From Eubacteriales bacterium (GTDB lineage Bacteria > Bacillota > Clostridia > Lachnospirales > Lachnospiraceae), in NCBI GenBank assembly GCA_030524785.1, contig JAUNFZ010000001.1:44443-108442 (forward strand): a stretch of DNA of 64,000 bases, read 5' to 3'. The notes beneath the pieces were generated by a model. That model was given only the letters and a program-made list of their open reading frames with translations. It searched no databases and was not told the origin of the DNA. Numbering within the stretch: position 1 is the first letter of the stretch; every line of letters begins with the position of its first letter. The translations under genes and the position numbers were made by a program. Positions 10,557 to 20,616 of this stretch are shown one piece after another.

Positions 10557-11878
10557 TGTTTGAAACACTTCGTAACGCGTTTAAGGTGAAGGACATCCGC
10601 AAGCGCATGCTGTATACATTCGGCATGCTGCTTGTGATTCGTCTTGGTTCACAGCTTCCGGTGCCAGGGGTAAATCGTGAGTTTTTGGCAAACTGGTTTG
10701 CAAGCCAGACGGATGGAGCCTTCAACTTTTTCAGTGCATTTACGGGCGGTTCCTTTGAAAAGATGTCTATTTTTGCACTGAACATTACGCCATATATTAC
10801 ATCATCTATTATTATGCAGCTTCTCACCATTGCGATTCCTCAGTTGGAGGAAATGCAGAAAGACGGCGAGGAGGGCAGAAAGAAAATTACGACAATTACC
10901 CGTTATGTGACCGTAGGCCTGGCTCTGGTAGAGTCGCTGGCTATGACGATTGCATTCGGAAAGGGCGGCTCCAGCAGTCTGATCCCGGATATGAACTTTA
11001 TAAAAGGACTTACGGTAGTTGTGGCTCTGACGGCCGGTTCCGCATTTCTTATGTGGGTCGGCGAGCAGATCACTGAGAAGGGCGTGGGCAACGGTATTTC
11101 GATTGTCCTGGTTATCAACATCCTTTCCAGGGTGCCGTCGGATATTGCTACGCTGTATGATTCCTTTGTGAAGGGCAAGACTCTGGCAAGAGGCGCGCTG
11201 GCTGCGCTGATTATTCTGGCGGTAATCGCGGTGACGATCGTTCTCGTTATCATTCTGAGCGACGCCACAAGACGTATCCCGGTGCAGTATGCAAAGAAAA
11301 TGCAGGGAAGAAAAATGATGGGCGGACAGTCCACCTATATTCCCCTGAAGGTAAACACCGCAGGCGTTATCCCGGTAATCTTTGCATCGTCGCTGTTCAG
11401 TATGCCGAGCATGATCGCATCCGTTTTGAACGTGTCTACGGACGGCGTGGGCGGAAAGATTCTGGCGGCGCTGAATCAGAACAACTGGTTTAATCCCAAC
11501 CAGCCGGTATATTCGGTCGGACTGATCCTGTATGTTGTGCTGATTATTGGATTTGCTTATTTCTATACTTCCATCACCTTCAATCCCATTGAAGTGGCGG
11601 ACAATATGAAAAAGCAGGGCGGTTTTATCCCCGGCATCCGTCCGGGCAAGCCTACCGTGGATTATCTGAACAGGATACTGAACTATATCGTGCTGATCGG
11701 TGCTATCGGTCTGACGATTGTTGTGCTGATACCGATCTTCTTTAACGGTGTATTTAAGGCGTACGTTTCCTTTGGCGGAACGTCGATCATTATTATCGTG
11801 GGCGTTATTCTGGAGACGATCAAGCAGATTGAATCTCAGATGGTAGTCCGCAATTATAAAGGCTTTTTGAGCGAGTAA
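10556..11878 (+). CDS. secY: preprotein translocase subunit SecY
   Basis: 440 aa polytopic membrane protein at the canonical position after rplO. ...ALNITPYITSSIIMQLL... Confidence 0.97.
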   Translation: MFETLRNAFKVKDIRKRMLYTFGMLLVIRLGSQLPVPGVNREFLANWFASQTDGAFNFFSAFTGGSFEKMSIFALNITPYITSSIIMQLLTIAIPQLEEMQKDGEEGRKKITTITRYVTVGLALVESLAMTIAFGKGGSSSLIPDMNFIKGLTVVVALTAGSAFLMWVGEQITEKGVGNGISIVLVINILSRVPSDIATLYDSFVKGKTLARGALAALIILAVIAVTIVLVIILSDATRRIPVQYAKKMQGRKMMGGQSTYIPLKVNTAGVIPVIFASSLFSMPSMIASVLNVSTDGVGGKILAALNQNNWFNPNQPVYSVGLILYVVLIIGFAYFYTSITFNPIEVADNMKKQGGFIPGIRPGKPTVDYLNRILNYIVLIGAIGLTIVVLIPIFFNGVFKAYVSFGGTSIIIIVGVILETIKQIESQMVVRNYKGFLSE

Positions 11879-11944
11879 AAGGGGTGTGCTGTTCCGTCCG
11901 GATATGGATGGGGCGGTGCACTAAAATTCTTTGGAGGAACTTGT

Positions 11945-12589
11945 ATGAAAATAATTATGTTAGGCGCTCCGGGTGCGGGCAAGGGAACGCAGGCAAAGCG
12001 GATTGCAAAGAAGTACTCTATTCCGCATATTTCTACAGGCGATATTCTGCGTGCCAATGTGAAAGGCGAAACGGAGCTTGGGAAAAAAGCCCAGGTATTT
12101 ATGAACCAGGGACTTTTGGTACCGGATGATCTTGTGATTGATATGCTGATGGACCGTATTGGCCAGGCGGATTGTGAGAAAGGATACGTGCTGGATGGCT
12201 TTCCGCGCACGATTCCCCAGGCAGAAAGTCTGGATGCGGCGCTCGCCGGACTGGGAGAGAAGATGGACTTTGCCATCGACGTGGATGTGCCCGATGAAAA
12301 TATCGTAAAGCGTATGGGCGGACGGAGAGCCTGTGTGAACTGCGGCGCAACATATCATGTGGAATTTAATCCGACCAAAACGGAGGGAATTTGCGACGCC
12401 TGCGGTGAAAAACTTATCCTGAGAGATGATGACAAGCCGGAAACGGTTCAGAAGCGTCTGGATGTTTACCATGATCAGACGCAGCCGTTAATTGCTTATT
12501 ATGAGAAGGCCGGCATTTTGAATACGGTGGATGGGACGCAGAATATGGAAGATGTGTTTGAATCCATCGTGCAGATATTGGGAGCGTAG
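11945..12589 (+). CDS. adk: adenylate kinase (zinc-lid type)
   Basis: [36 protein letters not shown]. Lid cysteines CVNCG...CDACG. Confidence 0.97.
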   Translation: MKIIMLGAPGAGKGTQAKRIAKKYSIPHISTGDILRANVKGETELGKKAQVFMNQGLLVPDDLVIDMLMDRIGQADCEKGYVLDGFPRTIPQAESLDAALAGLGEKMDFAIDVDVPDENIVKRMGGRRACVNCGATYHVEFNPTKTEGICDACGEKLILRDDDKPETVQKRLDVYHDQTQPLIAYYEKAGILNTVDGTQNMEDVFESIVQILGA

Positions 12590-12591
12590 TT

Positions 12592-13350
12592 ATGTCTGTA
12601 TCGATTAAAACTTCGAAAGAAATTGACCTCATGAGAGAAGCCGGACGGCGTCTGGAAATTGTCCACAATAAACTTGGAGAATTTGTGAAGCCCGGCATCT
12701 CGACGAAAGATATCGACCGCTACGGTGAGGAACTGATACGCGGTTTGGACTGTATTCCAAATTTTCTGAATTACAATGGTTTTCCTGCATCAATCTGTGT
12801 TTCAGTAAATGATGAAGTTGTGCATGGAATCCCCCATAAGAACCATATCCTGAGAGAGGGAGATATTGTCAGCCTGGATGCGGGCCTGATTTATAAGGGC
12901 TTTCATTCGGATGCGGCAAGAACCCATGCGGTGGGTGAAATCAGCCCTGCAGCGCAGAAGCTGATCGACGTGACGCAGGAAAGCTTTTTCAGGGGAATTG
13001 AGTTTGCCAGGGCAGGCCATCATCTCCACGAGATATCGGCGGCCATAGGAGCCTATGCAGAAAGCTTTGGATACGGCGTTGTGCGTGACCTTGTGGGACA
13101 TGGCATCGGCAGGGCGCTGCATGAAGATCCGCAGATCCCGAATTTTGCCCAGAAGCGCCGGGGAATCCGCCTGCAGGCGGGAATGACGCTGGCCATTGAG
13201 CCGATGATTAACGCCGGGCGCTATGATGTATGCTGGCTGGATGACGACTGGACGGTAGTGACGGAGGATGGTTCTCTGTCTGCTCATTATGAGAATACCG
13301 TTTTAGTGACAGACGGCGAACCGGAGATATTGACGCTGAACGCTGTCTGA
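12592..13350 (+). CDS. map: type I methionine aminopeptidase
   Basis: 252 aa, ...VVHGIP...SLDAG...VGHGIGRALHEDP...LAIEPM... Metal-ligand pattern and position after adk. Confidence 0.96.
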   Translation: MSVSIKTSKEIDLMREAGRRLEIVHNKLGEFVKPGISTKDIDRYGEELIRGLDCIPNFLNYNGFPASICVSVNDEVVHGIPHKNHILREGDIVSLDAGLIYKGFHSDAARTHAVGEISPAAQKLIDVTQESFFRGIEFARAGHHLHEISAAIGAYAESFGYGVVRDLVGHGIGRALHEDPQIPNFAQKRRGIRLQAGMTLAIEPMINAGRYDVCWLDDDWTVVTEDGSLSAHYENTVLVTDGEPEILTLNAV

Positions 13351-13420
13351 CAGCGTCAGGGCGGAAGTTATCCTGACGTTTCAGAGAAAAACTTACGCAG
13401 ACATGGAGTGTAAAGGTTGG

Positions 13421-13696
13421 ATGGAAAGATTTGAACCGGGAATGTTGGCATGGTCGAGAGCCGGCCATGACAGCGGACAGTTATACGTCATTATGGCGGT
13501 GGAGGACGAATACGTCTATTTGACAGACGGGCGTCTGAAGCCTTTGGAAAAGCCGAAAAAAAAGAAAAAGAAGCATGTCCAGGTTCTTCGGAAAATTCCG
13601 CAGGAATTGGAATATATGTCAGAAAAAAATATAAAAAACGAGGATATCAGACGAGTAATCAGGAGGTTTTTAAATGTCGAAAGCAGATGTAATTGA
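13421..13696 (+). CDS. small KOW-domain RNA-binding protein (the map-infA spacer gene seen in Clostridia)
   Basis: [37 protein letters not shown]... followed by a KPKKKKKKH tract. The ORF track starts at 13403; ATG 13421 has an AAGG-type RBS. The 3' end overlaps infA by 23 nt. Confidence 0.75.
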   Translation: MERFEPGMLAWSRAGHDSGQLYVIMAVEDEYVYLTDGRLKPLEKPKKKKKKHVQVLRKIPQELEYMSEKNIKNEDIRRVIRRFLNVESRCN

Positions 13697-13892
13697 AGTG
13701 GAAGGAACCGTATTGGAGAAACTGCCGAATGCTATGTTTAAGGTGGAACTGCAGAACAAGCATGTGGTGCTGGCGCATATCAGCGGCAAACTGCGGATGA
13801 ACTTTATCAGGATTCTTCCGGGCGACAAAGTAACGATTGAGCTGTCCCCCTATGATCTTTCCAAGGGACGTATCATCTGGAGAGATAAGTAA
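13674..13892 (+). CDS. infA: translation initiation factor IF-1
   Basis: [70 protein letters not shown]. Confidence 0.98.
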   Translation: MSKADVIEVEGTVLEKLPNAMFKVELQNKHVVLAHISGKLRMNFIRILPGDKVTIELSPYDLSKGRIIWRDK

Positions 13893-13909
13893 AGGCGGAC
13901 GCAAAGTTC

Positions 13910-13938
13910 TTGACAAAACGCCGGCTGTTGGATATAGT
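13910..13938 (+). promoter_or_regulatory. sigma-A type promoter for the valS leader
   Basis: TTGACA (13910-13915), 17-nt spacer, TATAGT (13933-13938). Confidence 0.65.
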
Positions 13939-13944
13939 GGAGAA

Positions 13945-14235
13945 AAGTAATGAGAAAGAGGAGTACGTTCGCGGCGCTCCCCAGAGAGAATGTCCCATCG
14001 GCTGAGAGGACATTTGAGAATGTGCGGGCGGAAGGTAGCTTTTGAACTGAAATTCTGAACTCCGAAGATTGGAAAGAGCGCGGTTTGTGCCGCCGGTTTT
14101 CTTCGGATGTGTAGGAATTTTCGTATACTCTGCGTTAAAGGGAAAAGAGGTATGCCGCTTGCCGGCGTATGAAATAAGGTGGTACCGCGATGAGTCGCCC
14201 TTATGTGTATAGAACGCATAAGGGCGTTTATTTTT
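13945..14235 (+). promoter_or_regulatory. T-box leader (tRNA-sensing riboswitch) controlling valS
   Basis: T-box sequence AAGGUGGUACCGCG at about 14175-14190. F-box-like GCGUUA near 14131. Terminator hairpin follows immediately. Candidate Val specifier GUA at 14045-14047 in GGAAGGUAGC. The downstream gene is an aminoacyl-tRNA synthetase. Confidence 0.85.
14196..14235 (+). terminator. intrinsic terminator of the T-box leader
   Basis: CGCCCTTATG (14196-14205) pairs with CATAAGGGCG (14217-14226), followed by TTTATTTTT. The 5' arm overlaps the T-box, giving the antiterminator alternative. Confidence 0.85.
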
Positions 14236-14386
14236 ATCATAGGGTGCTGCGTGCCAGTGACACGCGTCCAGCACCGACCGTAGTGAAACGGAGATGTGGG
14301 AGTGCGAAGCACGAAGCAATTCGTGTAATCATAGGATGCGCACCTGGTGGCGAAGAAGCAGAGAAAATGATGAAGGAGGAGAAAAA

Positions 14387-17035
14387 GTGAGCAAGGAATT
14401 GGCGAAAACGTATGACCCGAAAGGGTTGGAGGAAAGGCTTTATCAGAAGTGGATGGACAATGGGTATTTTCATGCGAAGGTAAACCCGGACAAGAAACCG
14501 TTTACCATTGTGATGCCGCCGCCAAACGTTACGGGGCAGCTTCATATGGGACATGCCCTGGACAATACCATGCAGGACATCCTGATCCGTTTCAAGAGGA
14601 TGCAGGGATATGAGGCGCTGTGGCAGCCTGGAACGGACCATGCGGCTATCGCCACAGAGGTGAAGGTCATTGAAAAGCTGAAGGAGCAGGGAATTGACAA
14701 GGACGAGATTGGCCGGGAGGAATTTCTGAAACATGCCTGGGCGTGGAAAGAGGAGTATGGCTCCCGCATCATTAATCAGTTAAAGAAGCTTGGCTCCTCT
14801 GCAGACTGGGAGCGGGAACGCTTTACTATGGACGAGGGATGCTCCGAGGCAGTGGAGGAAGTTTTTGTAAAGCTTTACGAAAAAGGCTATATTTACAAAG
14901 GCTCCCGTATCATCAACTGGTGTCCGGTATGCCAGACTTCGATTTCTGACGCAGAAGTAGAGCATGAGGATCAGGATGGATTTTTCTGGCATATCAATTA
15001 CCCGGTAGTCGGTGAGGAGGGAAAGTTTGTAGAGATTGCTACCACCCGTCCGGAAACACTTCTGGGGGATACCGCCGTTGCGGTGAACCCGGAGGACGAG
15101 CGTTACAGCAGTCTGGTGGGAAAAATGCTAAAGCTTCCCTTGACGGACCGCAAGATCCCAGTGATTGCCGATGCCTATGTGGATAAAGAGTTTGGAACGG
15201 GATGCGTGAAGATTACCCCGGCGCATGACCCCAATGACTTTGAGGTGGGCAGACGTCACGGCCTGGAAGAAATCTGCATCATGAACGACGACGCCACGAT
15301 CAATTCTCTTGGCGGCAAGTATGAGGGAATGGACCGCTATGAGGCCAGAAAGGCTATGGTAAAGGATCTGGAAGAACTTGGGCTTTTGGTAAAAGTAGTT
15401 CCCCACTCCCACAATGTGGGAACCCACGACCGCTGCAAGACGACGGTGGAGCCGATGGTAAAGCAGCAGTGGTTCGTGAAGATGGACGAGATGGCAAAGG
15501 CTGCCATCGAGGCTTTAAATCAGGGCGATCTGACCTTTGTTCCGGAGCGGTTTGACCGGACATACCTGCACTGGCTGGAAAATATCCGGGACTGGTGTAT
15601 TTCCAGACAGCTCTGGTGGGGCCACCGTATTCCGGCGTATTACTGCGACGAGTGCGGCGAGGTTGTGGTGAAGAAGGGCGGCGCGCCCGAAAAATGTCCG
15701 AAATGCGGATGCACGCATTTTACGCAGGATGAGGATACGCTGGACACCTGGTTTTCCTCCGCACTGTGGCCGTTCTCTACGCTGGGATGGCCGAAGAAGA
15801 CCGAGGAGATGGAGTATTTTTATCCCACGGATGTTCTGGTGACGGGATACGATATTATTTTCTTCTGGGTGATTCGAATGGTATTTTCCGGTCTGGAGCA
15901 GACAGGAAAAGCGCCCTTCCATCATGTGCTGATTCACGGACTGGTGCGCGATTCTCAGGGACGCAAGATGAGCAAATCGCTGGGCAATGGAATCGATCCT
16001 CTGGAGGTAATTGATAAATATGGCGCCGACGCTCTGCGTCTTACCCTGATGACCGGCAACGCGCCGGGCAATGATATGCGTTTTTACTGGGAACGAGTGG
16101 AATCCAGCCGCAATTTTGCAAATAAAATCTGGAACGCGTCCCGGTTTATCATGATGAATCTGGAAAAGGCCGAGGTTCCTGCAGAAATGCCGAAGGACGA
16201 CCTGACCCAGGCGGATAAGTGGATTCTGTCAAGAGTCAATGCGCTGGCGAAGGACGTAACCGACAATATGGAAAAATTTGAACTGGGAATTGCGGTTCAG
16301 AAGGTGTACGATTTTATCTGGGAAGAATTTTGCGACTGGTATATTGAAATGGTAAAACCGCGCCTTTATCGTGAGGAAGACACGACGAAAGCAGCGGCGC
16401 TGTGGACGCTGAAAACGGTGCTTGGAAATGCGCTGAAGCTTCTGCACCCCTATATGCCCTTTGTCACAGAGGAGATTTACTGTACGCTGAATCCCCAGGA
16501 GGAGTCCATCATGATTTCTTCCTGGCCGGTATGGACAGAGGAATGGAATTTTGCCGCAGAGGAAAAAGCGGTGGAGACGATCAAGGAGGCGGTGCGGGCG
16601 ATCCGCAATGTCAGAAGCAACATGAATGTTCCGCCCAGCAAAAAGGCAAAAGTATTTGTAGTTTCCGAGAAGGAGGAAGTACGCCGCATCTTTGAGCAGG
16701 GCAAAGTATTCTTTGCAACTCTGGGGTATGCCAGTGAAGTGGTAATTCAGGCCGACAGGGGAAATATTGCTGCGGACGCAGTATCGGCGGTGATTCATGA
16801 GGCCGTGATCTATATGCCGTTTGCAGAACTGGTGGATATTGAAAAGGAGATCGAACGCCTGAGAAAAGAGGAAGAACGTCTGACAAAAGAGCTGGCCAGG
16901 GTAAACGGTATGCTGGGCAATGAAAAGTTTGTGAGCAGGGCGCCGGAGGCGAAGATACAGGAAGAAAAAGCCAAGCTTGCAAAATATACGGATATGATGA
17001 ATCAGGTAAAAGAGCGCCTGGCGCAGCTTTTATAA
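14387..17035 (+). CDS. valS: valine--tRNA ligase
   Basis: GTG 14387 with GAAGGAGGAG upstream, in frame within ORF 14294..17035. ...[15 protein letters not shown]... (HIGH) and ...KMSKSLGN... (KMSKS), plus a C-terminal coiled coil. Confidence 0.96.
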   Translation: MSKELAKTYDPKGLEERLYQKWMDNGYFHAKVNPDKKPFTIVMPPPNVTGQLHMGHALDNTMQDILIRFKRMQGYEALWQPGTDHAAIATEVKVIEKLKEQGIDKDEIGREEFLKHAWAWKEEYGSRIINQLKKLGSSADWERERFTMDEGCSEAVEEVFVKLYEKGYIYKGSRIINWCPVCQTSISDAEVEHEDQDGFFWHINYPVVGEEGKFVEIATTRPETLLGDTAVAVNPEDERYSSLVGKMLKLPLTDRKIPVIADAYVDKEFGTGCVKITPAHDPNDFEVGRRHGLEEICIMNDDATINSLGGKYEGMDRYEARKAMVKDLEELGLLVKVVPHSHNVGTHDRCKTTVEPMVKQQWFVKMDEMAKAAIEALNQGDLTFVPERFDRTYLHWLENIRDWCISRQLWWGHRIPAYYCDECGEVVVKKGGAPEKCPKCGCTHFTQDEDTLDTWFSSALWPFSTLGWPKKTEEMEYFYPTDVLVTGYDIIFFWVIRMVFSGLEQTGKAPFHHVLIHGLVRDSQGRKMSKSLGNGIDPLEVIDKYGADALRLTLMTGNAPGNDMRFYWERVESSRNFANKIWNASRFIMMNLEKAEVPAEMPKDDLTQADKWILSRVNALAKDVTDNMEKFELGIAVQKVYDFIWEEFCDWYIEMVKPRLYREEDTTKAAALWTLKTVLGNALKLLHPYMPFVTEEIYCTLNPQEESIMISSWPVWTEEWNFAAEEKAVETIKEAVRAIRNVRSNMNVPPSKKAKVFVVSEKEEVRRIFEQGKVFFATLGYASEVVIQADRGNIAADAVSAVIHEAVIYMPFAELVDIEKEIERLRKEEERLTKELARVNGMLGNEKFVSRAPEAKIQEEKAKLAKYTDMMNQVKERLAQLL

Positions 17036-17103
17036 AAAGCAGGCCGGCACATATTTACAGGCGGCGGCTCTTATAGAGCGCCGCCGTCAGCAGGAGGTGG
17101 AAA

Positions 17104-20100
17104 ATGTCTCTGCAGTTAATTCTGGGAAATTCAGGAAGCGGAAAATCCTATGAACTTTATCAGCGGGTGATCAGCGCTGCGGTAAAGTCGCCGGAAAAGA
17201 AATTTCTGGTGATTGTGCCGGAGCAGTTTACCATGCAGACACAGCGGGAACTTGTACGCCTTCATCCCGACGGGGGACTGCTGAATATTGATATACTGAG
17301 TTTCCAGCGTCTGGCCCACCGCGTGTTTGAGGAGGTGGGGGCCGACCGCCGCACAGTTCTGGAGGAGACAGGAAAGACGCTGCTTCTGCGGCGGGCGGCT
17401 TCCAGACGCCAGGAGAATTTAAAAGTATTAAAGGGAAATCTGAAAAAAATGGGCTATCTGCAGCAGATGAAGTCTATGATTTCAGAATTGACCCAGTATG
17501 ACGTTGATGAAGAAAAAATGCAGCGCCTTTTGGACGGCGCGAAGGGAAAGCCCTCTCTTTATTTTAAACTGCAGGATATCCGGCAGGTGTACGAGGGATT
17601 CAGGGAGGAAATGCAGGGAAAATATATCACTGCGGAAGAAACGCTGGAAGCGCTCTGCCAGGTGGCCGGGCGTTCCGCTGTTTTGAGGGGCAGTGTGATT
17701 GCCCTGGATGGATTTACGGGTTTTACTCCGTCCCAGCAGAAGCTGCTGGGAGAACTTCTGCCAATGGCAGAGCAGGTATATGCGGCAGTGACTATCGACG
17801 CCGGGGAGGATTTTTTCAGAATCCGGGGAGAGCATGAGCTGTTTTACATGAGCAAAAAAATGATCCGTATTCTGATGGAGACTGCCAGGGAAAAGGGCTG
17901 CAGCATACTGCCGCCTGTGGTGATGGAGTGGAAGACATTGCCGCGGTTTGCCAAAAGCCCCGAGCTTGCGTTTCTGGAAGCGCATCTTTTCCGAAGCGGC
18001 CGGCGGGGCGCATTTTGGATGGATGGAAATGAAAACGGCAGGCCGGCGGATACTTCGGCGCCCAAAGAGAAGGAAACATCCCTGGAGAAATTTGGCGTTT
18101 CCATGCATCGGTCGGCAAATCCTGCGGAGGAGATACACTTTGCAGCCCGCCAGATACGGCGCTTGCTGCGGCAGGGCTATCGGTATCAGGATATGGCGGT
18201 GATTGTGGGCGATCTGCCCTCCTACAGCAGTTATATTCCCAAAATATTTGCAGAATATGGGATTCCCTGCTTTCTGGATAATACGCGGAGCCTTTTCTCA
18301 AATCCAATGATCGAGTTTATGCGGGCGGCCCTGGATATGGTGCAGCAGAATTTTACCGGCACCTCGGTCTTTCGGTGCCTGCGGACAGGTCTGTGCCAGA
18401 TGGAAAGGGAGCAGATTGATCTTCTGGAAAATTACGTATTGGCTGCGGGTATTCGCGGGCTTTCCCAGTGGGAGAAGGAATTTGAACGATGCCCTCAAAG
18501 TTTTTCCACGCAGGACCTAGAGCGGTGCAATGAGCTGCGCGCTCAGGCAGCGTCGGCTTTTTCTCCTTTTGCAGCGGCAATGAAGTCTCGGGAAACATCG
18601 GTGAGAGAAAAGACAAAGGCATTTTACCGCCTGATCGTTCACTTTGGGATGCAGAAGCAGCTGGCGGTGAAAGCGGAGGAATTTGGTCAGATTGGACGGG
18701 CGGATATCCAGAGAGAATATGCTGGCGTTTACCGCATGATTATGGAATTGTTTGACAAGCTGACGGAGCTTTTAGGCGGGGAAAAGCTGAGTCTGAAGGA
18801 GTATACGGAAATTCTTGAAGCCGCCTTTGAGGAGGCAAAGCTTGGCATGATTCCTCCCACGGCGGACCGCATACAGGTGGGGGATATAGAGAGAACCCGA
18901 CTGAAGGAGATCCGGGTCCTGTTTTTCCTGGGACTGAACGACGGCTGGGTTCCCGCTGCGGCCGGCGGTACGGGACTTTTGTCTGACATGGAGCGGGAAA
19001 GCCTCAGAGACTGCGGCGTGGAGCTGGCGCCGACCGCCCGGCAGAATAGCTATATTCAAAAATTCTATCTGTATATGAATCTGACTAAGCCTGGGGAGCA
19101 TCTTTACCTTTCCTTCTGCAAGACAAATTCGGAGGGGAGCCCGATGCGTCCTTCCTATGTGATAGCCGCTGTCAGAAAATGCTTTCCGTTCCTGGAAATA
19201 CAGGAGGAAGACGACCGGGAGGACATTGCGGGGCGCGTGGAGACGCAGGAAAACGGTATGATCTATCTGGCGGAAGGATTTCAGAAAATCCGTAGGGAGC
19301 AGCCTAAGCCGCAGTGGCTGGAGCTGTACCGGCGCTACCTTTGGACAGGCGGCAGAAGCCAGGTGGAAACACTGGCGCAGGCGGCCTTTTTGACCTTTGA
19401 CGGAAAAGGGATTGGAAGGGAAAAAGCAAAGGAGCTGTATGGCAGTACGCTGGTCAACAGTGTCAGCCGGCTGGAAAAATTTGCCTCCTGCGCTTTCGCA
19501 CATTTTCTCCAGTATGGGCTGCGCCTGAAAGAGCGGGAAGAATATCTTTTTCAGCCGGTGGATATGGGGCGGATGCTTCATGGCGTGATGGAAGAATTTT
19601 CCAAAAAAATGTTGGAGGACGGTAACGACTGGGCTTCTATGCCGGCGGAGGAGAGGGATCGTATGGTAGAGGCCTGTGTGGACGAGGCGGCTGCCGGTTA
19701 CGGCCAGCAGATTTTGTTTGACAGCGCCCGCAACAGACATATGATCGACCGGATCAAGCGCATTATGCGCCGGACGGCTTGGGCGCTGCAGCGCCAGATT
19801 CAGGCGGGAAAATTCTATCCGGCAAATTTTGAGGTGCCCTTTTCCCAGGCGGAGGATTTGGAGGCGGTTCATATTGCCCTTTCGGGAGAGGAACGCATGA
19901 AGCTGACGGGACGCATTGACCGCATCGACGTGTGCGAGAAGGAAGAATGTGTTTACGTCAAGGTAATCGATTATAAGTCCGGGAATACTTCCTTTGACCT
20001 TACGGCTTTCTATTATGGACTGCAGCTGCAGCTGGCGGTGTATCTGAACGCTGCCATAGAGCTAGAACAGAGGGTGCATCCCGGCAAAAAAATCCTGCCG

Positions 20101-20616
20101 GCAGGAATCTTTTACTGCCATATGAAGGATCCGCTGCTGAAAATGGATTCGGAGACAGAGGAAGATGAGCTGGAGAGGAAGCTTTTAAGAGAATTCAGAC
20201 CGGACGGCCTTGTAAATTCAGAGCCGGAGGTATTTCGCCAGATGGACGGGGATTTTTCAAAATCCTCTGAGGTGATTCCTGTGACGCTGAATAAGGACGG
20301 TACTTTGGCAAAAGCTTCCAGGACGGCCACAGAGCAGCAGTTTGGCCTGCTGTCTTCCTATGTGCGCAGAAAGATGGGAGAAATTGCAGAACGGATCATG
20401 CAGGGAGAGATCGCCGCCGTGCCCTATCAGCGAAAGCAGCAGACGGCCTGTGATTACTGTGCATACCGGAGGGTTTGCTGCCCGGATCCGAAAATTCCAG
20501 GGACACATTACCGGAGGCTGCGGGAATATACACAGGAGGAAATCTGGAAACTGATGGAGGAAGGAGGAGATTCTGATGGCAGTGACATGGACGAAGGAAC
20601 AGCAGCAGGTCATTGA
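17104..20616 (+). CDS. addB: helicase-exonuclease AddAB, subunit AddB
   Basis: 1170 aa. N-terminal GNSGSGKS P-loop and a C-terminal Fe-S cysteine set (...CDYCAYRRVCC...). Immediately precedes and overlaps addA. Confidence 0.9.
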   Translation: MSLQLILGNSGSGKSYELYQRVISAAVKSPEKKFLVIVPEQFTMQTQRELVRLHPDGGLLNIDILSFQRLAHRVFEEVGADRRTVLEETGKTLLLRRAASRRQENLKVLKGNLKKMGYLQQMKSMISELTQYDVDEEKMQRLLDGAKGKPSLYFKLQDIRQVYEGFREEMQGKYITAEETLEALCQVAGRSAVLRGSVIALDGFTGFTPSQQKLLGELLPMAEQVYAAVTIDAGEDFFRIRGEHELFYMSKKMIRILMETAREKGCSILPPVVMEWKTLPRFAKSPELAFLEAHLFRSGRRGAFWMDGNENGRPADTSAPKEKETSLEKFGVSMHRSANPAEEIHFAARQIRRLLRQGYRYQDMAVIVGDLPSYSSYIPKIFAEYGIPCFLDNTRSLFSNPMIEFMRAALDMVQQNFTGTSVFRCLRTGLCQMEREQIDLLENYVLAAGIRGLSQWEKEFERCPQSFSTQDLERCNELRAQAASAFSPFAAAMKSRETSVREKTKAFYRLIVHFGMQKQLAVKAEEFGQIGRADIQREYAGVYRMIMELFDKLTELLGGEKLSLKEYTEILEAAFEEAKLGMIPPTADRIQVGDIERTRLKEIRVLFFLGLNDGWVPAAAGGTGLLSDMERESLRDCGVELAPTARQNSYIQKFYLYMNLTKPGEHLYLSFCKTNSEGSPMRPSYVIAAVRKCFPFLEIQEEDDREDIAGRVETQENGMIYLAEGFQKIRREQPKPQWLELYRRYLWTGGRSQVETLAQAAFLTFDGKGIGREKAKELYGSTLVNSVSRLEKFASCAFAHFLQYGLRLKEREEYLFQPVDMGRMLHGVMEEFSKKMLEDGNDWASMPAEERDRMVEACVDEAAAGYGQQILFDSARNRHMIDRIKRIMRRTAWALQRQIQAGKFYPANFEVPFSQAEDLEAVHIALSGEERMKLTGRIDRIDVCEKEECVYVKVIDYKSGNTSFDLTAFYYGLQLQLAVYLNAAIELEQRVHPGKKILPAGIFYCHMKDPLLKMDSETEEDELERKLLREFRPDGLVNSEPEVFRQMDGDFSKSSEVIPVTLNKDGTLAKASRTATEQQFGLLSSYVRRKMGEIAERIMQGEIAAVPYQRKQQTACDYCAYRRVCCPDPKIPGTHYRRLREYTQEEIWKLMEEGGDSDGSDMDEGTAAGH

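Noticed and set aside
99-13468. Dozens of 60-220-aa ORFs on the minus strand or in alternative frames across the methyltransferase gene and the ribosomal protein cluster (for example 67..357 +, 988..1443 -, 1633..2289 -, 3339..4004 -, 4909..5550 -, 11960..12472 -)
   Set aside because: They overlap highly conserved, confidently identified genes and lack RBS and recognisable motifs. They are shadow ORFs.
13659-14734. ORFs overlapping the valS leader (13659..14312 -, 13873..14319 -, 14190..14390 +, 14237..14734 -) and the 31-codon N-terminal extension of valS from 14294
   Set aside because: The region carries a complete T-box leader with terminator. The ORFs have no RBS and biased composition. 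The valS homology and a strong RBS begin at GTG 14387.
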